DNA of 64,000 nt from Candidatus Hadarchaeales archaeon (GTDB lineage Archaea > Hadarchaeota > Hadarchaeia > Hadarchaeales > Hadarchaeaceae), in assembly GCA_038851075.1 (NCBI GenBank), contig JAWCLG010000002.1, forward strand, positions 38,818 through 102,817. The letters run 5' to 3'. The notes below the pieces were generated by a model. The model searched no databases, had not been told where the DNA came from, and saw only the letters and a list, made by a program, of their open reading frames with translations. This document shows positions 9,488-19,820 of the stretch, piece by piece (position 1 is the stretch's first letter; every line of letters begins with the position of its first letter). A program made the translations under genes and the position numbers.

Positions 9488-9790
9488 ATGGCTAACATTC
9501 CACCCGAAGTCGCATGGTTGATCCCGATAGTCGTGCCGTTCATAATAGGGTTTCTCATCGGGGCGCTTGTAAAAAAAGCATTCAAAATGATACTCATCCT
9601 CGCGGCACTTGTGGTCGTGCTGGTTGTGACAGGTGCTATCGGACTGACGTTCTCAGACATTATTGAAAAGGCGACCCAAGTGCTGCCAAAAATAGCAGGA
9701 GAGGGTGCCGGACTTATCAACATTATCCCGTACACATCTATCACATTCATCGTTGGGCTCATACTGGCTCTCTGGAAGATAAAGTCGTGA
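9488..9790 (+). CDS. Small membrane protein (3 TM), hypothetical
   Basis: 100 aa, strongly hydrophobic, with a KK anchor. The overlapping antisense ORF 9484-9963 is low-complexity. Confidence 0.45.
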   Translation: MANIPPEVAWLIPIVVPFIIGFLIGALVKKAFKMILILAALVVVLVVTGAIGLTFSDIIEKATQVLPKIAGEGAGLINIIPYTSITFIVGLILALWKIKS

Positions 9791-9824
9791 CCAAGTTTAA
9801 TTTTTATAAATCCCAGTATAGTCG

Positions 9825-10607
9825 ATGATAACTCCTGTAAAAGGCTCACCGGCCGCGATTCTGAGGGTCGGAAAAGAGAGAATTCTCGCGGTTGCTGATT
9901 TGCACCTTGGCATTGAAAGCTGGCTCTCGAGAGATGGCATTTCGATTCCAAGCCAATCCCCAAAAATCAGGGCACGGCTTCTTGAACTCATAGATGAGCG
10001 TTCCCCTGATAGACTCATTATAATTGGGGACCTGAAACACGGTATTCCTGTATCGAGCTGGCAGGAATGGAGAGAGCTACCGGAGCTTTTGGAGGAACTG
10101 AAAAAACACGTTAAAGTTGAGGTCGTCAAGGGAAACCACGACGGGGGAATAGAGGAGATGCTTCCAAGCGGCGTGATAATCCACGATGCCCATGGAACCA
10201 TTGTGGGAAAAAGAGTAGGTCTGATGCATGGACACACTTGGCCTTCTCCATCCATGCTGAAAACCTCTGTTATTCTGCTCGGGCACATCCATCCATCGGT
10301 AGAATTCAGAGATAAAATGGGCGGGCGCGCAACCGCTCCAGTTTGGTTAAGATGCACAATGAACCCAGAGAAGATGCCTAAAAAAATTGAAAAACATGCC
10401 GGGAAAAAACTGCCCAAGTTGATAGTTCTCCCGGCTTTCAGCGATCTTGTGGGATATGCCCCGGTGAACAGGGAAATGCCGGGCGAGCTGATAGGTCCAC
10501 TTTTCAGGTCGGGAGTGGTCAACCTATCCGATGCTGAGGTCTACATGCTAGACGGCACATTTGTCGGAAAGGTCAACGATATGAAAAAGCGGAATCAATT
10601 CCGCTAG
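9825..10607 (+). CDS. Calcineurin-like metallophosphoesterase (COG1407-type)
   Basis: Motifs DLHLG, GDLKHG, GNHD and GHIH. Confidence 0.85.
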   Translation: MITPVKGSPAAILRVGKERILAVADLHLGIESWLSRDGISIPSQSPKIRARLLELIDERSPDRLIIIGDLKHGIPVSSWQEWRELPELLEELKKHVKVEVVKGNHDGGIEEMLPSGVIIHDAHGTIVGKRVGLMHGHTWPSPSMLKTSVILLGHIHPSVEFRDKMGGRATAPVWLRCTMNPEKMPKKIEKHAGKKLPKLIVLPAFSDLVGYAPVNREMPGELIGPLFRSGVVNLSDAEVYMLDGTFVGKVNDMKKRNQFR

Positions 10608-12700
10608 CACAGCACCTTTTCGATTGAAAATATTCTCGCGTGGATCTTTCCGTCCTGTCTTCGGAGCTCTGAAACACCTACGAACTTTCTTCCCTTTCGA
10701 ATAAGCATTCTCGGGCCATAGTAATCCTCGGCCGCGAGTTCGGCCCTGAGCCTGCTATCGACCACCAGAATCGCCCCTCCCGGGACAACCCTCTCCACCT
10801 CGAACTCGTGCACTTCGCCCACGTGAAGAGACCGGGCTGGAAAAATCATGTCTCCTCTTATATCAACCTGACACTCCTCCTTAAGTTTTGAAATAGCCGC
10901 TTCGAATGTGGATATATCATGTCCCTCTGAGGCCAGTTTCTCCCTGAGCGCTTCAGATGATATTCCTTCCCTTCCAGAGGCAAGAACCAAGTCAAGAACG
11001 CTCCTCGACATATTTCTCATTTCGACCTCATCCAAAGTTTCCGATTCTGAATCGAACTCAGAATCCTGGCCCAAATCCTGCAAACATTTATCGGCATCCT
11101 CGAGAAGCTCTTTCGGCATTATTTTAGTCTCCAGAGCCGCTGTTCTAAGAATCGGTTTCAGGTCGGAGTTCAGGCTCTTTATCACCCTCCGCATCTTTTC
11201 CGCCATCTTTCTGCTGGCATGAAGGTATGCAACGTCAACAGTGCCATCTGCGGCCAGAATGACGACCTTTCCAAATCTCCTCCTTCCGGTCCTGCCCTTT
11301 CTCTGTATGTACCTTATCTCGCTTGGAACGGGCTCGTAGAAAACCACAAGATCAACGCTCGGTATGTCAAGACCCTCCTCCCCTATGCTGGTCGCCACTA
11401 GGACGCTTATCTCTCCGCTCGAAAACCTCCTCAATATCTCTGCCTGCTCATCCTGAGAAAGCCCTATGTCGCCCTCTCTGGTTGCCTGACCGACGAATCT
11501 CTCTGCTCTTATCCCGGCCGCGGAGAGCCGTGAGACAAGATGGGCCGCTGTATCTCTATACTGAGTGAAAAGAATCACTCTGGACATCGGACTTGATCTG
11601 AGCTGCTCCGAGATTATGCCACATGCCAGTTCAACCTTTGGATGCTCTCCCACCTCTCCTGACTCGAGAAACCCGTAAATTCCCTTCGATGCGAGCTCCG
11701 AAACGATACCGCTGTGCCCCCTCCTCCCGCTTTCCTTTATCCTTTTCAGGAAAGCGTACAGCGCATTCGCCCCTTGGCTTTCAAGGAGCTCCAGGGCGTG
11801 ATATAACGACAGGGCGGACGAAAGAACCGAAATCGCGCCGAAGAGCGGGCCTCTTCTGTTTGGTGGAACCGTATGCAGCATTTTTCTAAGTTTATCAGAC
11901 GTTTCTATCAGGTCAGTCCTGAATATGTACTTGGGCGGTTTTTTTATGACTCCCATGGCAGAAAGCTTTCCCAGCCTGGCATCGAGGCTTTCCCTTACTT
12001 TTCTGGAAATCTCCTGGTACTCAGGCGGCAGTGGGACTGTAATCCACTGAACAGAAACCCTGCTGATGTACGGTGCGACATCAGGATCCTCCTCAGTCCT
12101 TGCCTCTATGTGCTCGATGAAGAGGGCGTCGCATATCTCCTTTATTTTGTCCCTATCGGCGCCAGGGCTGGCCGTAAGCCCCATTATGATCGGATGAGGA
12201 GACTCGTTTACGTACGCCTTAGCAACCTTCGTGTAAGAGTAATTTTTTCTCGCCCGGTGACACTCGTCGAATATCATGAGGCTGAATATGTCTAGCCTTA
12301 ACCCTGAATCGTGGTCGTTCTCAATCACCTGCGGCGTCGCTATGAAAACTCTCGCATTTCCCTTCCACGCTTTAAAACGCGTCTGAGGTGACTGCTTTCC
12401 GGTCAACAGCTTTACGTCCTCGGGCCTGATCCTCAGAAGTCTGATGAACGTATTTCTGTGCTGGACTGCTAGAGGCCTAGTCGGTGCCATTATCAGCACC
12501 TTCATGTGGCTGTGGTTGTAGAGAAAGTGGGATGCCACCAAGGCTGCTATGACCGTCTTGCCGAGAGCGGTCGGCAGGACCACCAGAGTGTTTTCCTTTA
12601 CGGCCCTTTTCGCTATGTTTAACTGATACTCTCTCAGCTCGATCTCACTTGCCCTGACAAGTGGATTGATAAACTCAGTGGTTTTTGATTGATCCTCCAT
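10604..12700 (-). CDS. hef: Hef (FANCM/ERCC4-family) SF2 helicase with a truncated C-terminal nuclease region
   Basis: LPTALGKTVIA (Walker A), DECH, TASPG, and LVATSIGEEGLDIPSVDLVVFYEPVPSEIRYIQRKGRTGR align with Pfu Hef. The C-terminus retains only VVDSRLRAEL of the ERCC4 nuclease. The ERK motif and HhH2 are absent. Confidence 0.85.
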   Translation of the reverse strand: MEDQSKTTEFINPLVRASEIELREYQLNIAKRAVKENTLVVLPTALGKTVIAALVASHFLYNHSHMKVLIMAPTRPLAVQHRNTFIRLLRIRPEDVKLLTGKQSPQTRFKAWKGNARVFIATPQVIENDHDSGLRLDIFSLMIFDECHRARKNYSYTKVAKAYVNESPHPIIMGLTASPGADRDKIKEICDALFIEHIEARTEEDPDVAPYISRVSVQWITVPLPPEYQEISRKVRESLDARLGKLSAMGVIKKPPKYIFRTDLIETSDKLRKMLHTVPPNRRGPLFGAISVLSSALSLYHALELLESQGANALYAFLKRIKESGRRGHSGIVSELASKGIYGFLESGEVGEHPKVELACGIISEQLRSSPMSRVILFTQYRDTAAHLVSRLSAAGIRAERFVGQATREGDIGLSQDEQAEILRRFSSGEISVLVATSIGEEGLDIPSVDLVVFYEPVPSEIRYIQRKGRTGRRRFGKVVILAADGTVDVAYLHASRKMAEKMRRVIKSLNSDLKPILRTAALETKIMPKELLEDADKCLQDLGQDSEFDSESETLDEVEMRNMSRSVLDLVLASGREGISSEALREKLASEGHDISTFEAAISKLKEECQVDIRGDMIFPARSLHVGEVHEFEVERVVPGGAILVVDSRLRAELAAEDYYGPRMLIRKGRKFVGVSELRRQDGKIHARIFSIEKVLC

Positions 12701-12781
12701 ACGCTCACCTTTAAACTCAAATGACTTAGTTATAACCTCTGGGGCGCTTATATCCTACAGAAAAAATGTGTCTTTGATGCT

Positions 12782-14011
12782 ATGAAAGCTTTGGCGTTGC
12801 TGACTGCGGTGGTTATCATGTGCGGCTTATGCCAGGCGGAGGAGTGGCCGACTTTTAGAAGGGACTCACTGCAGACAGGATATTCACAGGACGCTGGACC
12901 TGAGAGGCCAGATATCGCGTGGTCCGCTGAAATAGAGCATTGTACGGTACACCTGACCGTTTCTGAATACATCGCATACGTTGTAAGCGGAGAGTATGTT
13001 TATGCCATCAACGTGTTTAACGGCTCTAGGATATGGACAGTAAAGATGGACGGAAACGTGTCACCAGTTACGGTTTACGGCGGAGATATCTACTTCGGAA
13101 CGGCTAAAGGTACAATCCACTGCCTCAAAGGAAAAACCGGATCGTTGAACTGGAGCAGCTCTGTTTCCGGAGGCGTCTATGATGCCCCGTTGATTGCCAA
13201 CGGCAGGATATACCTGATCGCGGGCACAAATGTTTACTCAATTTACCCATCAACGGGGCAAAAAATATGGGAAAGATCTCTCGAAGACACCGTCACTGGG
13301 CTCTCTGCAGATTCGAACTCTGCGGTGGTGGTCACGGAATCTGGATGCGTATGGAACTTTGACCCAAACGGGGGAATCTTGTGGAAAGTTGCGACAGGAG
13401 AGGAGATAATTCACGCTCCGTCCATATCAGATGGCCTGATATACGTCAGTGCTGGAAACAGGCTCATAGTCATAGATAACGGTGCCGTTGCCGAGAATTT
13501 GGAGTTTGGATCAAAAGTTGGACCCGTTTCCGTTGGGCCCGATACCGCATACTTCGGGTGCGAGAACGGATCTGTGGTCGCGATTACTAAAAACACCTTT
13601 GAGGAAAGATGGAACTACGTAACTGGAGGAAAGATACTTTCTCCACCTGCAATAGGCAAAAATAGGATGTATGTTGTTTCTGGAGACGGTTGCCTTTACT
13701 GCATAAGCGCCGAAAACGGAGGGCTTATCTGGAAATCGAGGCTTGGGCTGAAGGAAAACTCCTATCCGGTCATCGCTTATCTCAAGATATTCGTCTTCTC
13801 AGGCAACAGTGTGTACTGCATCGGGAGCTGGGGGTCCGTGCCGAACGGTGCCCTGACCAACGGTCTTATCTACTTAATAATCTCAATGTGCTTTTTTGCC
13901 TCCATTTTTGCTCTGAGAAAATTATCGCCCGAGGAAAAACCGGACAAAAAGCGAAAAGCTGTGAGAAAGCACGTAAGGAAAAAGAGAAGCGGAAAAAAAC
14001 ACAGTAGATAA
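12782..14011 (+). CDS. Secreted PQQ-like beta-propeller repeat protein with a C-terminal TM anchor and basic tail
   Basis: Signal peptide MKALALLTAVVIMCGLCQA, then repeated G.VYA/…G.L.W blades, then a hydrophobic segment LIYLIISMCFFASIFAL followed by a K/R-rich tail. Confidence 0.8.
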   Translation: MKALALLTAVVIMCGLCQAEEWPTFRRDSLQTGYSQDAGPERPDIAWSAEIEHCTVHLTVSEYIAYVVSGEYVYAINVFNGSRIWTVKMDGNVSPVTVYGGDIYFGTAKGTIHCLKGKTGSLNWSSSVSGGVYDAPLIANGRIYLIAGTNVYSIYPSTGQKIWERSLEDTVTGLSADSNSAVVVTESGCVWNFDPNGGILWKVATGEEIIHAPSISDGLIYVSAGNRLIVIDNGAVAENLEFGSKVGPVSVGPDTAYFGCENGSVVAITKNTFEERWNYVTGGKILSPPAIGKNRMYVVSGDGCLYCISAENGGLIWKSRLGLKENSYPVIAYLKIFVFSGNSVYCIGSWGSVPNGALTNGLIYLIISMCFFASIFALRKLSPEEKPDKKRKAVRKHVRKKRSGKKHSR

Positions 14012-14016
14012 TGGAC

Positions 14017-15231
14017 CTAGCCCCGCTCCCTGAAAATTCTAAATGAGTACTTTATAAGCAATGGTGCTACCACCGTGGTCGCGAGGACTATCAGCACCGT
14101 CAATGAGAGAAGAGAATGAGAGACAACGCCCGATTTCACGCCTATGGCGGCTATGACCAACGCCACCTCCCCTCTGGGAACCATCCCTACTCCAACTCTC
14201 AGAGAATCTCCGGCAGAAAAACCGCCAATCAGAGCACCAACCCCACATCCGAGTATTTTGCTGATGAAAGACATGACGATCACAACCGATCCGACCAGAA
14301 TGCCTATGCTTGCGAGCTCACCAAAATTCATCCTTACGCCCATTTCTGTGAAAAAAATTGGAATGAAAAGAGCGTAGCCAATTGTTGTGATCTTGGCTCT
14401 CAGCGATTTTGCCACGGGAAGTCTGCTCATGACCATGCCTGCCAAAAAAGCCCCAGTAATTGCCGCCAAGCTCACTAACTCCGAAAGCGCGCTAACGAGG
14501 AATATTATCACAATTGTCAGGGAGAGTATAACCTCCTCAATGTTAAATCTCCCGATAAAACGCATTATTCCGGGTAAAATCTTGAGGCCGAACAGAAGCA
14601 CTAGCACTATGAAAATAACCATCAGCGCTACGACCCGCGAAACTCCAAAAAGCGAGAGCGATCCCAAGGCGGCGCCAGAAAGCACGCTCAGAATCATTAT
14701 CCCCAGAATATCATCGATCACGGCCGCCTCAAGAATCGCCACACCAACTGGGGTGTGGAGTTTTCCTATGTCGACAAGCGCTCTAACAGTTAGACCAACG
14801 CTTGTGGCGGTGAGGACGGCGCCAAGGAAAGCAGCCTCGATGGTCCCCCACCCCAAAAACCATGCCAACGCGAAGCCAAAAATAAAAGAGACCACAACTC
14901 CGGAAGAAGCCACCGCAATCGCGACCTTTCCCGATTTTTTAAACTCATCAATATCTATGGACACCCCGGCGAGGAAGAGTAGTAAAATTATGCCTATATC
15001 GCTGAAAACGTTCACCACACTGCCTGAAGGTGAATCCAGATTTATGAATAGATGATGTCCGAGAATCAAGTTCGAAATCTGGCCAGCAACAAAAGGCCCT
15101 ATCATAATCCCGGAGATTAGTTCACCAACTACGGGGGGCTGCTTCAATCTCGAAAACAGTTCCCCGCCTAACCGCGCTGAAAGCAGGATAACCGCCAAGT
15201 AGATGAGAACGGAGGATATCTCAACTTCCAT
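14017..15231 (-). CDS. Cation:proton antiporter (CPA2/Kef-type Na+/H+ exchanger)
   Basis: Polytopic membrane protein. The ORF extends to 15294, but the likely start is MEVEISSVLIYLAV at 15231. Confidence 0.8.
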   Translation of the reverse strand: MEVEISSVLIYLAVILLSARLGGELFSRLKQPPVVGELISGIMIGPFVAGQISNLILGHHLFINLDSPSGSVVNVFSDIGIILLLFLAGVSIDIDEFKKSGKVAIAVASSGVVVSFIFGFALAWFLGWGTIEAAFLGAVLTATSVGLTVRALVDIGKLHTPVGVAILEAAVIDDILGIMILSVLSGAALGSLSLFGVSRVVALMVIFIVLVLLFGLKILPGIMRFIGRFNIEEVILSLTIVIIFLVSALSELVSLAAITGAFLAGMVMSRLPVAKSLRAKITTIGYALFIPIFFTEMGVRMNFGELASIGILVGSVVIVMSFISKILGCGVGALIGGFSAGDSLRVGVGMVPRGEVALVIAAIGVKSGVVSHSLLSLTVLIVLATTVVAPLLIKYSFRIFRERG

Positions 15232-15310
15232 ATTTCTCCCCAGTTTTCCACATATGAAACCAACGGTGTACCTCAAAAAAAGAATGCCCGGCAACCTCCA
15301 GATCTAAACT

Positions 15311-15715
15311 TCACCTTAGAAGCCTGTAGAACTCAATTATCTTCCTGAGATTGATGAGCCCCACAAGTTTTCCTCTCTCCGTGACAGGAAGACTTCTCAA
15401 CTTATGAATTGACATTATGTTAAGCACCTCCTCCATGTTCATATCTGGTGAAACCGTGACAGGATCTCTCGTCATTATATCTCCCACCTTAGTTGCCATC
15501 CTCTTCTTCAATTCCTGCACCATATCGGGGCCTACAACCGCCCTCTTTAAAGGTACCTGAAGAATCTGGAGCACATCGCTCTCGGTGACAATGCCTACGA
15601 CTCTCTCCTTTTTGTCAACAACCGGAAAACTTCCCTCGATCTGGGAGAGAAGGCGTTCGATTAGCTCATCTATGGGGGTTTCTGGATTTACCTTTCTCGG
15701 CTTTGTGTTCATCAC
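15311..15715 (-). CDS. CBS-domain pair protein
   Basis: Two CBS motifs (VVGIVTESDVL, LVGLINLRKI). Sits upstream, in an operon-like arrangement, of the antiporter gene. Confidence 0.8.
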   Translation of the reverse strand: MMNTKPRKVNPETPIDELIERLLSQIEGSFPVVDKKERVVGIVTESDVLQILQVPLKRAVVGPDMVQELKKRMATKVGDIMTRDPVTVSPDMNMEEVLNIMSIHKLRSLPVTERGKLVGLINLRKIIEFYRLLR

Positions 15716-15833
15716 GTCCTTAACCTTTATGAGCCTAAGTTGCTCCGGATTTATCGGTCCTCTTATCGCTGTGATTCGAATCCCAATTGCTACTCTTTTT
15801 CTGCCTTATTAGCATTGTACATCCGGATTGAAG

Positions 15834-15911
15834 TGGTGGGGTCGCCGAGATTTGAACTCGGGTCACCGGCTCCCGAAGCCGGCAGGATGGACCAGTCTAC
15901 CCCACGACCCC
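15834..15911 (-). tRNA. tRNA-Pro (anticodon CGG) with genomically encoded CCA
   Basis: Minus-strand fold: acceptor GGGGTCG/CGACCCC, anticodon stem CCGGC/GCCGG around loop UUCGGGA, T-arm CCGAG-TTCAAAT-CTCGG, 3' ACCA. Confidence 0.8.
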
Positions 15912-15962
15912 CTGTAAAAAATATCGTCTGCAAGTAAAAGCTTACGAGTTCATTGTCCTGAT

Positions 15963-17150
15963 TCAGGTCTTTCTTCCCTCAAGCAGATTCTCAAGCTCTT
16001 TCTCCAGCCACGCCACTGGCGCTTCCTGTATACCGATCTTTTTCTTCCCTTTAGAGCGCGCCTCCTTCACCTCAACAAGTCCGAGTCCCTCCATTCTTTT
16101 TAAATACTCCCAGAACTGGCTCTTCTCTCGTGGCTGCTCTCCGTATTCTTCGCATGCCGCACGATATGTTTTGTCTAGGTCTTCCCTTAACGTGTACGCC
16201 TTACCGGAAGATCTGAGTCTCCTGCACAGAGAGAGCAGAAGTATCTTTTCGTGGGGTAACAGCTCGCGCAAAACCTCGCGCTTGATAACCGGATAAACCT
16301 CGGCCTTTGCCTCCCTGACGTGCTCCGGATTGACCGAACTCTCTAACTTTCCATCTGCGATGAGCCCTGCCCTCCACAACAGCTCGAGCGCAAATCTAGC
16401 ATCTCCAGTTGAAGATGCGATGTCGGCTATAAGATCCACAGACTCCTCCTCTACGGCCCCGGGTTTGAATGCCTCGTGGATTCTCTGCTGAAGTATGTCT
16501 TTAAGCTGCTCGGCAGTGTACCTGTTAAGCTCAAGCACGTTATGCATAAACGTGCTCTGTGTCGGGAGGTCAAGCGATTTGAGAAACTCCCTGTCCTTAG
16601 CAACAGCTATGATACTTATTCTGTTAGGCTGGCCTTCATCCTCATACATCCTAGTCAGCGAGTACATCAGGTCGGGACCCTCCATGCGGACGTAATAGTC
16701 TATTTCATCAAGGCAAAGGGTGAGGTATGCATCGTGCGTCCTCATGTAGGTTGAGATCAGATCTATCAGTTTTTCCGGTGACAGCCCATGATGAGGCCAT
16801 TTTGGATTGTAATGATGATGTATTTTGGATATGATCGAAAAGTAGCTCTTGTCCTTTCTGCAGTTTATGTGGAGATAGCTCAGATTCATTCCTCTCCCCT
16901 TCGCCGTAGCCTCCAGATCGGCGCCAAACCTTCCCGCTATGGCAGTCTTTCCTACCCCAACGCTTCCTGTGATTAAAACCCGCTGGCTCATCCTGTTCTC
17001 CAGGAGAGGTCTAAAAACTCTGATTAACCATCTAAACTCCTCATCTCTGTGCACCAAAACCTGAGGGACGTAGTCTGGAGAGAGTTTGCTCGCGTCCCTG
17101 AAAACTGACGGCCTTTCCAGTTCCTCCTCGAAGAGATTCCTCATTTGCAC
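15963..17150 (-). CDS. orc1: Orc1/Cdc6 replication initiator (AAA+ plus winged helix), paralog A
   Basis: Walker A GSVGVGKTA, a DEID Walker B-like box, and a C-terminal winged helix. 395 aa. Confidence 0.9.
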   Translation of the reverse strand: MQMRNLFEEELERPSVFRDASKLSPDYVPQVLVHRDEEFRWLIRVFRPLLENRMSQRVLITGSVGVGKTAIAGRFGADLEATAKGRGMNLSYLHINCRKDKSYFSIISKIHHHYNPKWPHHGLSPEKLIDLISTYMRTHDAYLTLCLDEIDYYVRMEGPDLMYSLTRMYEDEGQPNRISIIAVAKDREFLKSLDLPTQSTFMHNVLELNRYTAEQLKDILQQRIHEAFKPGAVEEESVDLIADIASSTGDARFALELLWRAGLIADGKLESSVNPEHVREAKAEVYPVIKREVLRELLPHEKILLLSLCRRLRSSGKAYTLREDLDKTYRAACEEYGEQPREKSQFWEYLKRMEGLGLVEVKEARSKGKKKIGIQEAPVAWLEKELENLLEGRKT

Positions 17151-17191
17151 CCCCAGTATGAGATTTGCTGAGGCTCATAAAAACGGTGCAA

Positions 17192-18322
17192 TCATGCTAT
17201 CCTTACCATGTGTGTCTGGAAATACCCACTAATCACAGGTATGTATCCCCTCAGCTCTGAATCTAGCCCCGGATCTCCCGTATCCACCTTAAGTACTGGT
17301 GTGAGGCTCAGTTTTTGAGGAGTGGCCAGAACTATGATGTTCTTCTTTCCAACCTTTTTGATAACCCTAGGGCTGATCTGCTGGTTCCCTCTTCCGAAGA
17401 TGAATCCCTGTCTGCCAAGAGGACTCACAACAATTGCGGCAGGATTCTTCTCAATCTTCTCCATTATCTGATTTTCATTAACATCCTTTCCAACAAGTTT
17501 ATAGTCAAGTATCAAATCCACACCAAGCAGGGTAGAGTCATATATCCCAAGCTCTTCGGCGACTGCCCTTGTGGTTGTTCCCGGGCCAAGTATGTAAACC
17601 CTCCCTTTTTCCATTAACTCGACCATCCATCTTGCTATGGCCTTCTGGTCAGCTGTTTCGAACCCGGAGCTACTCTCCTTTCCAGTCTGCATCATGACCG
17701 GCTCATAGGGCACAACGGCGTATCCCTTCAGACTAACCGCCAGCTCGTCCCTCCTGTATGTATCCTCGTCTATATCCATCACCTCGGCCTCTCTGACCGG
17801 TAACCCTCGTGAAAGAAAAAGCGAGGCCACATCTCCCGCGGCGCTCGGTGTGTTCGCAAAAACCGCTGAATATATCTTCACTCCTGATGGCACTCCTAAA
17901 ATTGGGACCTTGCTTCCGGCGACCTCATAAACGTCTCTCGCTGTTCCATCCCCACCTACAAACATCACAAGATCCACTCCCATCTCGATCATCTTTTTTA
18001 CCGCAAGCTTTGTGTCCTCCGCTGTGGTCTGCCCCGGCTTTATGCTGCCTATGACTGTCGGCTCACACCCGCTCTCTCTCACCACGGTCTCACCCATTTC
18101 TCCGGGATATGTTATTACCTGAACCTGATCTCGCATCCTCGTCAGCCTCTTCATGGCTTCTAGTCCTCTTTTGTGAGAAACCGGTTCCGCACCGAGCTCA
18201 ACTGCCCGTCTCAGAGCCTCTGGTCCATCAGTTCCCTTCAATCCCACGCGTCCGCCCATTCCGGCGATCGGGTTCACGACAAACCCTATTTTCCTCATCT
18301 GTCTATCAACTTCCGTTTTCAT
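17192..18322 (-). CDS. ATP-NAD/diacylglycerol-kinase-like family protein (GGDGT motif)
   Basis: MFVGGDGTARDV motif. 376 aa. Confidence 0.65.
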   Translation of the reverse strand: MKTEVDRQMRKIGFVVNPIAGMGGRVGLKGTDGPEALRRAVELGAEPVSHKRGLEAMKRLTRMRDQVQVITYPGEMGETVVRESGCEPTVIGSIKPGQTTAEDTKLAVKKMIEMGVDLVMFVGGDGTARDVYEVAGSKVPILGVPSGVKIYSAVFANTPSAAGDVASLFLSRGLPVREAEVMDIDEDTYRRDELAVSLKGYAVVPYEPVMMQTGKESSSGFETADQKAIARWMVELMEKGRVYILGPGTTTRAVAEELGIYDSTLLGVDLILDYKLVGKDVNENQIMEKIEKNPAAIVVSPLGRQGFIFGRGNQQISPRVIKKVGKKNIIVLATPQKLSLTPVLKVDTGDPGLDSELRGYIPVISGYFQTHMVRIA

Positions 18323-19820
18323 CTTGCTGATGCCCTGAGAGATACATTCTCCAGCTAAGTATTGGTTCCTTCGCTGCCTTCACCTCATCCAGCCTGCCGA
18401 TTGCCGTGCACAGAGGAGCTGAACGCAGAAGCTCAGGATTTTCTCTCGCATCTTTAGCGATCTCCCGCATCACGCCGATGAACCTGTCAAGCTCCTCCTT
18501 TGTTTCCGTTTCAGTTGGCTCCACCATAAGAGCCTCGGAAACTATTGGTGGAAAGTAATAAGTCGGCGCGTGCATGCCATAGTCAAGAATTCTCTTTGCG
18601 ACGTCTCTTGCTGTTACTCCAGTCTCCCTCTTGAGCGGCTCCGCTGTAAATACCACCTCATGCTTGCATACTCCATCAAACGCCGGCTTGAATCCGTCTA
18701 TCTCTGATATTTTTTTTCTGATGTAGTTTGCATTCGCAACCGCTGTTTCAGTGACCTCCTGAAGTCCCTCTCCTCCCATCATCAGAAGGTAAGTATAAGC
18801 CCTGACAAGCACGCCGAAGTTTCCATAAAATGACCTGATCTTGCCTATCGAGTCCGGCCTGTCATAGTTCAAATAATATCTATTTTTTTCTTGATCGTAC
18901 TCTATGAGAGGGACCGGCAAGAACCTCTCCAGCTTTTCGTTCACGCCCACCGGACCGGAACCGGGCCCTCCTCCGCCGTGTGGTGTGGAGAACGTCTTGT
19001 GAAGATTTAGATGGACCACATCAAAACCCATATCTCCTGGTCTGGTCCTGCCGAGAATGCCGTTCATATTTGCTCCGTCGTAGTATAGAAGACCTCCAGC
19101 CTCATGCACTATTTTTGCTATCTCATGGATCCCGTCCTCAAAGAGACCCAGCGTGTTTGGGTTTGTGAGCATGATCGCCGCGGTCTGATCGGAAACTGCA
19201 GCTCTCAGAGCATCGATATTCACCCTTCCGCGTGAGTCAGACGGAATGACTCTCACCCTGAACCCAGCCATCGCGGCGCTGGCAAAGTTTGTGCCGTGGG
19301 CCGAGTCCGGGATTATAACCTCAGTTCTGTGATCCTCCCTGTAATTGTGATATGCTCTTATTAAAAGAAGACCAAGAAGCTCCCCATGGGCCCCTGCTGC
19401 CGGATGGAGACAGACCCTCTTTACTCCGGCAATCTCCGCAAGCATTCTCTCGAGTCTGTACATGAGCTCTAAGCATCCCTGAACTGTGCTTTCATCCTGA
19501 TACGGATGAACGTTTGTGCTATCCATCCATGCCATCTCATCGCATATTTTCGGATTGTACTTCATGGTGCAGGACCCTATCGGATAAAAAACCAGATCTA
19601 TGCAATAGTTCATCTGCGAAAGTCTTGTGTAGTGCCGCACAACTTCTGGCTCTGAAAGCTCTGGAAGATTGAGCGAGGTCCTCCTCAGTTTTTCCGGTAT
19701 TTCAAAATCAGATGGCCTTTTCTGCGGCAGATGGACCCCTGTTTTTTCTGCCTTGCCAAGTTCAAAGATGATCGGCTCAAGTCCTGAACCGGTTGCCCAC
19801 CTTGCCTGTCTGAAGTTCAT
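18306..19820 (-). CDS. gcvPB: Glycine dehydrogenase (decarboxylating) subunit 2
   Basis: PLP enzyme. The motif HLNLHKTFSTPHGGGGPG is diagnostic of GcvPB. Confidence 0.9.
   Translation of the reverse strand: MNFRQARWATGSGLEPIIFELGKAEKTGVHLPQKRPSDFEIPEKLRRTSLNLPELSEPEVVRHYTRLSQMNYCIDLVFYPIGSCTMKYNPKICDEMAWMDSTNVHPYQDESTVQGCLELMYRLERMLAEIAGVKRVCLHPAAGAHGELLGLLLIRAYHNYREDHRTEVIIPDSAHGTNFASAAMAGFRVRVIPSDSRGRVNIDALRAAVSDQTAAIMLTNPNTLGLFEDGIHEIAKIVHEAGGLLYYDGANMNGILGRTRPGDMGFDVVHLNLHKTFSTPHGGGGPGSGPVGVNEKLERFLPVPLIEYDQEKNRYYLNYDRPDSIGKIRSFYGNFGVLVRAYTYLLMMGGEGLQEVTETAVANANYIRKKISEIDGFKPAFDGVCKHEVVFTAEPLKRETGVTARDVAKRILDYGMHAPTYYFPPIVSEALMVEPTETETKEELDRFIGVMREIAKDARENPELLRSAPLCTAIGRLDEVKAAKEPILSWRMYLSGHQQDENGS

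Noticed and set aside
9484-9963. Minus-strand ORF of 159 aa
   Set aside because: It overlaps the plus-strand membrane protein and the metallophosphoesterase start. The composition is not protein-like.
14387-15055. Plus-strand ORF of 222 aa
   Set aside because: It is antisense to the CPA2 antiporter gene and is Ser/Thr/Pro-rich.
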